The position numbers were made by a program, and so were the translations under genes. This document shows positions 56,389-64,000 of a stretch of DNA of 64,000 nt, piece after piece. Below the pieces are notes generated by a model. The model had not been told where the DNA came from. It saw only the letters and a program-made list of their open reading frames with translations, and searched no databases. The stretch's first letter is position 1; every line of letters begins with the position of its first letter. Source of the DNA: Eledone cirrhosa (taxonomy: Eukaryota); assembly GCA_964016885.1 (NCBI GenBank), contig CAXHJY010001041.1:1-64000 (forward strand), written 5' to 3'.

Positions 56389-56560
56389 AATAATTTCGGC
56401 CCCTGGATTTCTGAGCTAACAAGTTGGGCGAATTTTGGCTATTATTTCTAGTCGTTTTACAATCCACCCACGCCACTTGAAATGACGAACAGACGAGGTA
56501 TTTAATTCCCTCGTGTTTATTTAGTTTACCTTCTCATAGGTGTTTGTTGCATATAATCTC

Positions 56561-56649
56561 ATCTCCCGCTGAGGACTGCCTCCGGATTATCTGTTACAAA
56601 CACAACTTTTCAAGGCGAAACAGATTAATCTCTAGTCTGTCCGAGAGAT
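56561..56649 (+). ncRNA. Type I hammerhead ribozyme with full stem III
   Basis: Stem I ATCTCCCG/CGAGAGAT (7 of 8 pairs); CTGAGGA (56569-56575); CT insertion then stem II GCCT/AGGC; GAAA (56617-56620); stem III CAGATTA/TAGTCTG; GUC triplet. Confidence 0.72.
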
Positions 56650-56694
56650 AATAGTTATTGAAACGGTCAGTACATTTTAATTTAAACTTGTATG

Positions 56695-57030
56695 TGGAGG
56701 CACATGGCTTAGTGGTTAGAGCATTGACCTTGCAATCGAAAGGTTGTGAGTTCAATTCTCAGACCGGGTGATGTGTTGTTTCGTTGAGCAAGACACTTTA
56801 TTTCACATTGCTCCAGTTTACTCAGCTGTAGAAATGAGATGATAGGGACTGGGTTCCCTATTATTCCACTGCAAAGTAGACGTGTAGGCGCCACGGAAAA
56901 AAAGCACCCAGCACTCACTGTAAATGAGGTTGGTGTTAGGAAGGGCATCCAGCTGTAGAAATCAAGCCAGAATCAGTTCCTGTCCCACCCTTGCAAGCAG
57001 GGAAAAGCGGACGTAAAATGAAATGATGAT
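56695..57030 (+). mobile_element. Full-length tRNA-derived SINE with RTE-derived 3' part
   Basis: GGCTTAGTGG A box, GTTCAATTC B box, CORE-like block, GGTTGGTGTTAGGAAGGGCATCCAGC, GGACGTAAAATG tail. Confidence 0.88.
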
Positions 57031-57119
57031 TCCTCGTTTGATTCAGAGTTTATATTCGTCAAACCAACCTGGTCTTGCTACACTTGTAATTCTAAACACA
57101 CAATTTACTGTGTTTATTC

Positions 57120-57176
<57 letters not shown>

Positions 57177-57227
57177 TACAAACTTTATTTGCATATTACA
57201 ATTGTTTTGATATTAGTTCAGGGTAGA

Positions 57228-57278
57228 ATCAAGATAACGGAGCCTGACTCCTTTTCGGCATCTCATCAGATATGCGAG
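57228..57278 (-). ncRNA. Degenerate hammerhead-like motif
   Basis: Minus strand CTGATGA-GATGCC-GAAA-AGGAG..CTCCG-TT; weak stem I; AATAAA downstream. Confidence 0.35.
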
Positions 57279-57507
57279 CTTATAACTGTTGTTAAACACT
57301 ATGTATATAATATATAAGTATGTTTTGAAACAGCGAGCGAGCTTGAAATTAGAAATAGGTTTCGCCGTATTTTTTAAAGGTTTCTAAACCCCACTATCAG
57401 GCTAAAATTTCTTTAGTAAAAAAATACGGCGAAACCTTCTATTTCTAAATCAGTTCCCGTCCCACCCTTGCAAGCAGGGAAAAGCGGACGTAAAATGATG
57501 ATGATGA

Positions 57508-57539
<32 letters not shown>

Positions 57540-57641
57540 CTAGCATGGAAGATGGACGTTAAACGATGATGATTATATATATATCAAGAGCTACTTCCAG
57601 ACATAAAAATACCTGTTCTTTTATTCTTTTCCTTGTTTAAG

Positions 57642-57825
57642 TGATTATAATGAAGCAATGCGGGCGACTGCCTTAAAGGGATTGTCTATTACAGATGACA
57701 TAGAAATAAGATCAACAATGAAGAAGTATATGTTTCTGGAGAGAAAAACTCTGAAACAAACCTGTTCAGGTTCAAGTGGGAATGTGTTATGTGAAACAAA
57801 TACAAACAGAAAACAATATGTTTAG
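57642..57825 (+). CDS. Possible isolated exon of an unidentified gene
   Basis: Strong polypyrimidine acceptor (...TTCCTTGTTTAAG) then an open frame DYNEAMRATALKGLSITDDIEIRSTMKK...; no recognised homology. Confidence 0.2.
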
Positions 57826-58329
57826 CTTCAACCCTCTTTATTTTGTGTGTGTGTTAAAGATGAAAAACTAGGGAAAGTAATCCTTTAGACATTTGAACTG
57901 CTGCTATTTTGATATGCTTCAGTACGTTTGTCATTTATTAATGGGGAAAACATCTTGGATGTAATGTGTAAAATTAGGATTAATAAAATGGTTGCTAAGG
58001 TATGTGAAAAAAATGTCTTCTTCATGCTTTTCATACATATCACTAGATTTAGCTGCTTTTAAAGTTGGATTTCAGATATCTTCCTACTGATCTTGGCGAG
58101 TGAGTCATAAAAGACATATTTTATATTGTCACTTTGCCTCAACTATACAGGCTTTTCTCTATATAGCCACTTCTTTCAATGTTCTTTGTTAATCAATCAA
58201 ACTTTACTATTTCTTCTGTATATATTTATCAGATTTTCTAATCCCTCCAACTATCAGAATTGTTCTAAACCCAGAAAAAATCCCATTGATTTTTCTTTTC
58301 CTAAGAGAGAAACTTTCAGGTCCTGTAGA

Positions 58330-59125
58330 CATACCATATCTATATAACCTCACAACCAACCTATACAACCTCACAAACAATCTATACCATACCATATCTA
58401 TATAACCTCACAACCAACCTATACCATACCATATCTATATAACCTCACAACCAACCTATACCATACCATATCTATATAACCTCACAACCAACCTATACCA
58501 TACCATATCTATATAACCTCACAACCAACCTATACCATACCATATCTATATAACCTCACAACCAACCTATACTATACCATATCTATATAACCACACAACC
58601 AACCTATACCATATCTATATAACCTCACAACCAACCTATACCATATCTATATAACCTCACAACCAACCTATACCATATCTATATAACCTCACAACCAATC
58701 TATGCAACCTCACAACCAACCTATACCATACCATATCTATATAACCTCACAACCAATCTATGCAACCTCACAACCAACCTATACCATACCATATCTATAT
58801 AACCTCACAACCAATCTATGCAACCTCACAACCAACCTATACCATACCATATCTATATAACCTCACAACCAATCTATACAACCTCACAACCAACCTATAC
58901 CATACCATATCTATATAACCTCACAACCAACCTATACAACCTCACAAACAATCTATACCATACCATATCTATATAACCTCACAACCAACCTATACCATAC
59001 CATATCTATATAACCTCACAACCAACCTATACCATACCATATCTATATAACCTCACAACCAACCTATACCATACCATATCTATATAACCTCACAACCAAC
59101 CTATACCATATCTATATACCATTCC
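58330..59125. repeat. Minisatellite, about 37-bp unit CATACCATATCTATATAACCTCACAACCAACCTATAC
   Basis: Read directly. Confidence 0.93.
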
Positions 59126-60004
59126 ATATTTAGATATTCTCTCAAACTAATCTTTGTCTCCCAACTTAGCAATTCAAACAAATAGTAATCAGTAAAATTA
59201 ATTCCAAGACATGAAGATAATTACTGGTATCAATATGATCAAAGATATCTTTTCAATATTGTGCACCAGCATGGCCACAGTCTAATGACCAAAACCAGTA
59301 AAAGCAAAAAGGATATAAAAGAAGTAATAGGTCAAAATTTCATTAGAAGTGGACAAACAGCACATTGCTGCCATCATCATCAATATCATCATTATCATCA
59401 TCACCACCACCACTATATGCTAATATATTCTGTCTTGACCAACAGTAGACATCATCACCATCACCACCATCACCACCACTACCACCACCACCACCATCAC
59501 CACCACCACCATCACCACTACCACCACCATCACCACCACCACCAACAACAACAGCAACACTACCACCACAAGCAGTGATCTCCACTCAAGATTTTCTGTT
59601 GTGTGTGATTATAATTTCTTTCTATTCAAACAAGTATTTGTCCAGAGTAAATACTTTAAACCAGAATTACCATAACATACAACAAAAGATTTCCTCCATT
59701 AAATAAATGACAAATTCACTCATGCATGACTCCATGAATCTCTTACAAATATTTAAACTGTTTTCCTACTGTTTTCACAATATTTCCTCTTTGAAGCAAA
59801 ACTATCAAAATACCTTCCCCACAGGGAAATTGCCCTCCCCCTTTCTTCCATCACCTAATAGTCCTTACTCTTTCCTCCTTTTCTTCTCATGTACGCCATT
59901 TATAGTCCTCTACTTCCCTATAACAACCAGATCTGACCTTCTTTACCCCTTCCCCCTCTTTTTTCATTACTTAATTTTGGTTTTATCTTTTTTTAATATT
60001 CCCA

Positions 60005-60305
60005 CCATGGTATAACTTCTGTAAAATATAGTTGACATAATATACTTTTATATAACAGATATCAAAATATTCCCTCCATAGTATAACTTCTGTAAAATAT
60101 AGTTGACTTAATATACTTTTATATAACAGATATCAAAATATTCACTCCATGGTATAACTTCTGTAAAATATAGTTGACATAATATACTTTTATATAACAG
60201 ATATCAAAATATTCACTCCATGGTATATAGTTGACATAATATACTTTTATATAACAGATATCAAAATATTCCCTCCATGGTATAACTTCTGTAAAATATA
60301 GTTGA
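60005..60305. repeat. About 71-bp tandem repeat, about 4 copies
   Basis: Recurrent CCATGGTATAACTTCTGTAAAATATAGTTGAC...CAAAATATTC. Confidence 0.88.
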
Positions 60306-60560
60306 TATATGTTTATGTCAACTATATTTATGTTGCAGTCGGGATTATATATATATATATATATAATATATAATAATAAGTTGATGGACCCACCATATTT
60401 ATCAGTGCCAGGACCAGTTCTATCTCAGCGTACTCAATAGGTAATGTAGGATACATTCCCAGAGTATACACATAGTTATTCGCTTCAATACAACACGTAA
60501 ACAGGTAAACAGTAGTAGGGTGCACTGCACCCTCTGTCTGCATATATTATGCAACAATGC

Positions 60561-60591
<31 letters not shown>

Positions 60592-61129
60592 GTAATAATA
60601 ATAAATGTGAAGACTAAAATCCACAGAGGGCTCGATAAGGATAAATATATGTCAAATATATAAGAACCGTAGAGCAAATATTTATCTGTTATTTTAATAA
60701 ATATATATATATGCATGTGTGTGTTGTATCATGGAGCTTTTTCATACATGTAAATTTTCTATGAAACAAATAAGATAAGATATTTAAATTTACATTCCTA
60801 CCTATTTCAAAAGCTACTGTGAGAATGGGGTGGGGTGAGGTGGGGTGGGAGTTGTTTATGATGAACTACACATGTCACAACATGAAACATTGATACTGAT
60901 AGTGACTTCATAAAGAGCCAAACACTTCCTCAACCCACCTGCCTTCTGCCCTCCACACACACACACACTCCCCCCCCCCCACATTAAATGGCCCCTAAAC
61001 CCTTCAAGATCAATGCTGCCCTCCTCCAAGCCATTTATATCAGTCAAACACCCTAGAATTACTCCCCTCAGCTTCCTTCTCATCTGTTTCACAGCTAAAC
61101 ATCGAACTTTCTAACATTGATTTTAATCC

Positions 61130-61350
61130 TGGATGATGACTGGGGGAGAAGCTTTAGAGTACCTGTGGGTGGAGGGGAGAGGGTGGTGGTGGTGGTGGTG
61201 GAGGGGAGAGGTGGATGATGACTGGGGAGAAGCTTTAGAGTACCTGTGGGTGGAGGGGAGAGGGTGGTGGTGGTGGTGGTGGTGGAGGGGAGAGGTGGAT
61301 GATGACTGGGGAGAAGCTTTAGAGTACCTGTGGGTGGAGGGGAGAGGGTG
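61130..61350. repeat. About 81-84 bp G-rich tandem repeat, about 2.7 copies
   Basis: Recurrent GGATGATGACTGGGGAGAAGCTTTAGAGTACCTGTGGG. Confidence 0.88.
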
Positions 61351-62832
61351 AGGAGGGGGTGAGGGGGGAGGGGGGTTAGATGGGGTGTTGGGGGTGTTGG
61401 TAGAGGTGGGGGATGTGGTGGAGGAGGTGGTGGAGGAAGAAGAGTCTCTCCTGTTTTCCGACATAATTACTAGCAATGTCAGCTAACGAGGCTATGTCAG
61501 CAGGCTGTGAAAGTTATTAATTAGTTGAGCCAAGTTACTCCACAAAAATGTTCTTCTGATGATGAAGAAGTTGGACTTAATTCGGAGGGGGAGGAGGAGG
61601 TGACAAGAGGGAGATAGAGATGATGATGATGACAGAGGAGAATAAGAAGATGAAAAGAATGACATTTTTAGATATAAAAGAATAAAAGGAAAAATAAAAT
61701 AAAATAAAATAAAATAAAATAAAAAGCTAAAATAAAAAAAATAAAATAAAAACTAAAATAAAATAAAATAAAATAAAAAAATAAAATAAAATAAGAGCTA
61801 ATAGTGACGTCTGTTGTTGGAAGGTTGTGAATTTGTAAAAGATGGTCAAATTGTTGTGATTGTTGTTGTTGTTTAGTGGTGTAGCAACATATATTGTTGT
61901 TGTTGTTTAGTGCAGCACCATATGTTGTTGTTGTGGGAAGTGTGTTAAAGGGGGGTGGGGGTTATCTGTCAGATTTGTAACTGTTACATTATTCTAACTT
62001 CCTTCTTGTTGTTCCTCATGAATATAGTTGAGATACAATATAATAGCATAGCTGTTTACTCCTCTAACTGCAAAACAAACAACAAAATTATTTGTAGAAA
62101 TAAAACAAAAACAAATATATAATTTGATGGGTTTTTTTAATAAAAAAAAAACGCCAAGCTCAGAATAAACCGATGCGGTACCCCATTATTTATCCTCACC
62201 CTATACTTGGAGCTGTAATATATTGCTTCTTTTATGGAGAGTTTCCAAAATAAAAGGAAACAAAAAACAGCTTTTTTATTTTTCATTATTTTTTACCTTC
62301 TCCCTTATTAACACTTACTTAAAAACAAATATAGCATTAAAAAAAAATGTATTCTAGAACAAACAAAACATTCAAACCTATTTCTTATGCTACCATTTTT
62401 TTTTTCTGTTTTTTTTTCTTTATATATATATTTTTTATACAAGAGGAGAAATTTATCATGAAGGAGATAAGTTTTGAAAGTATGTGTTTATACAACTAAT
62501 ACTGATGTTGTCCAGTTAATCTAGAAGAAGAAGATTCCATTTACTTTCTACAAAACATATATTTTATCAATGCTTCTTGTATAAATTTAATTCCTTACTA
62601 GCAATCTTCATTGATGTTTTACTTGATCTAGAAAGTGAACTGATTGTTTGTGGAATGTTTGCCAGAAAAAGCACAATACACTCCCAGCTACAATTATTTC
62701 TTGATAACTTGCTAAAAATAATAATGCTAAAATATAAAATAGGTGTATTTTGTTTCTTTATAATTCTTCATGAGTTGATGCTGTCCATGACTCCTTTTAA
62801 CTCTTTTGATACCGTCTTTGCTTTTAATGTCT

Positions 62833-63185
62833 AAAGTCTGTCTTGAGCCCAGAGGTTCATCAGGTTATCCTGGTGTTGTGGCGTGAAGTGACTACAAGAC
62901 TATCCACCGAACAGAACACTAGTCCATTGCAGGGTTAAAGTCTGCCTCAAGCCAGAAGGCTCATCAGGCTGGTACTGACCCAGTTTTTGTGGTGTGAAGT
63001 GACTGAGAGTATAAGACCCACACTGGACACAGCGCCAGTTCATTTCAGGGTTAAACCCCCAGCTATTGCTGGTACTCCTTTTCAGCTGAGTATACTGGAG
63101 CAACATGAAATGTTTTGCTCTACAACACAACACACAACATTATGATCATAAGTTGAACACCCTTATCAGTAGGCCACATGCCCAC
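62833..63185 (-). mobile_element. Family B SINE with an extra partial 3' copy
   Basis: Reverse complement of the 25556-25826 type; Meta-like tail present twice. Confidence 0.8.
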
Positions 63186-63321
63186 ACTTTTAATGTGTTT
63201 AGATCTAAATAAAAACCTTTCATCATCACTTTATGTAAGAACTTTCTATTAAGTTATGTTTGTACCCCAGTTTTTAGAATAGGTACACCATATCCCTGTA
63301 TGTCATAAGAAGTAATTAAAG

Positions 63322-63560
63322 GGTTTGGCCTTGTGGTTAAAGTGTTGGGCTTAAAATTACAAGATCAAGTGTTCAACCTTCAGACTAGGCAATGTATTGT
63401 CCTTGAGCAAGTCACTTTATTTCCCATTGCCCAACCTAATATTATCAGACTGAGCAGTGTATTGTCCTTGAACAAGTCACTTCATTTCTCATTGCCTCAA
63501 CCTACTCAGCTGAAAAAATTAGTACCAGTAACATCTTGGGTTAACCTTGTGATGGATTGA
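63322..63560 (+). mobile_element. Diverged CORE-like SINE
   Basis: GTCCTTGAGCAAGTCACTT twice; AACCTTGTGATGGA. Confidence 0.65.
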
Positions 63561-63912
63561 TAATATTCTTTGCTGCACTTTCAATTATTTAAATGTTTCT
63601 GGAGCCTTTAGGTTTGAGAGAGAGAAAATTAAGCGATAAATTGATATGTTATCACTTTCTACACATAATGGATGGTACAACAATTAAATTTACCTGGTAT
63701 TTTTTTATAAAAATATTAGCTAGAGCATCAAGTCATAACTCATACAACAAATGAATCATATAAGCAAGATAAAGTTTTCAAATCTGTTTAATGTCAAACT
63801 GTGACAACCTGTCCAACCCATGCAAGTGTGGAGACTGGATGTAAAATGATGATGATGATATTTAATATGGATATAAATATACAATAAATATAATATATAC
63901 ATACAATAAATA

Positions 63913-64000
63913 TCTCTATATATATAAAACTGAGGATGTCTGTGTGTGTGTGAGTTTGAATCGCTAAAACTCGAGAACCACCCAACCAACTGTTTTCAAA
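63913..64000 (+). mobile_element. Helitron 5' end running off the window
   Basis: A|TC..TATATATATAAAACTG...GTCTGTGTGTG, same style as 36783. Confidence 0.55.

Overview
This is eukaryotic, AT-rich, extremely repeat-dense genomic DNA. The SINE/LINE repertoire and microsatellite load look like an octopus or other coleoid cephalopod (inference only, no database check). I recognise no intact protein-coding gene, and almost all long ORFs in the track are microsatellite artefacts. The window holds many tRNA-derived SINEs, LINE remnants (CR1, RTE, Tx1/L1, CRE-like), a pogo/Tc1-type MITE, a piggyBac-like MITE, Helitrons, a tRNA-Ser pseudogene and several minisatellites that arose inside transposons. 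The main hidden signal is a dense set of short non-coding elements, mostly flanked by (TA)n tracts, that carry type I hammerhead ribozyme (HHR) folds. I folded six well-formed cores by eye from about five unrelated families, plus an inverted copy and several decayed or half cores. Two elements are monomers with about 60-nt terminal redundancy (retrozyme/circRNA-like). Others show Penelope-type 5' fold-back inversions with a shared TATTGAGTAC tail, and one has a U3-A8 variant core. All folds are manual and untested.
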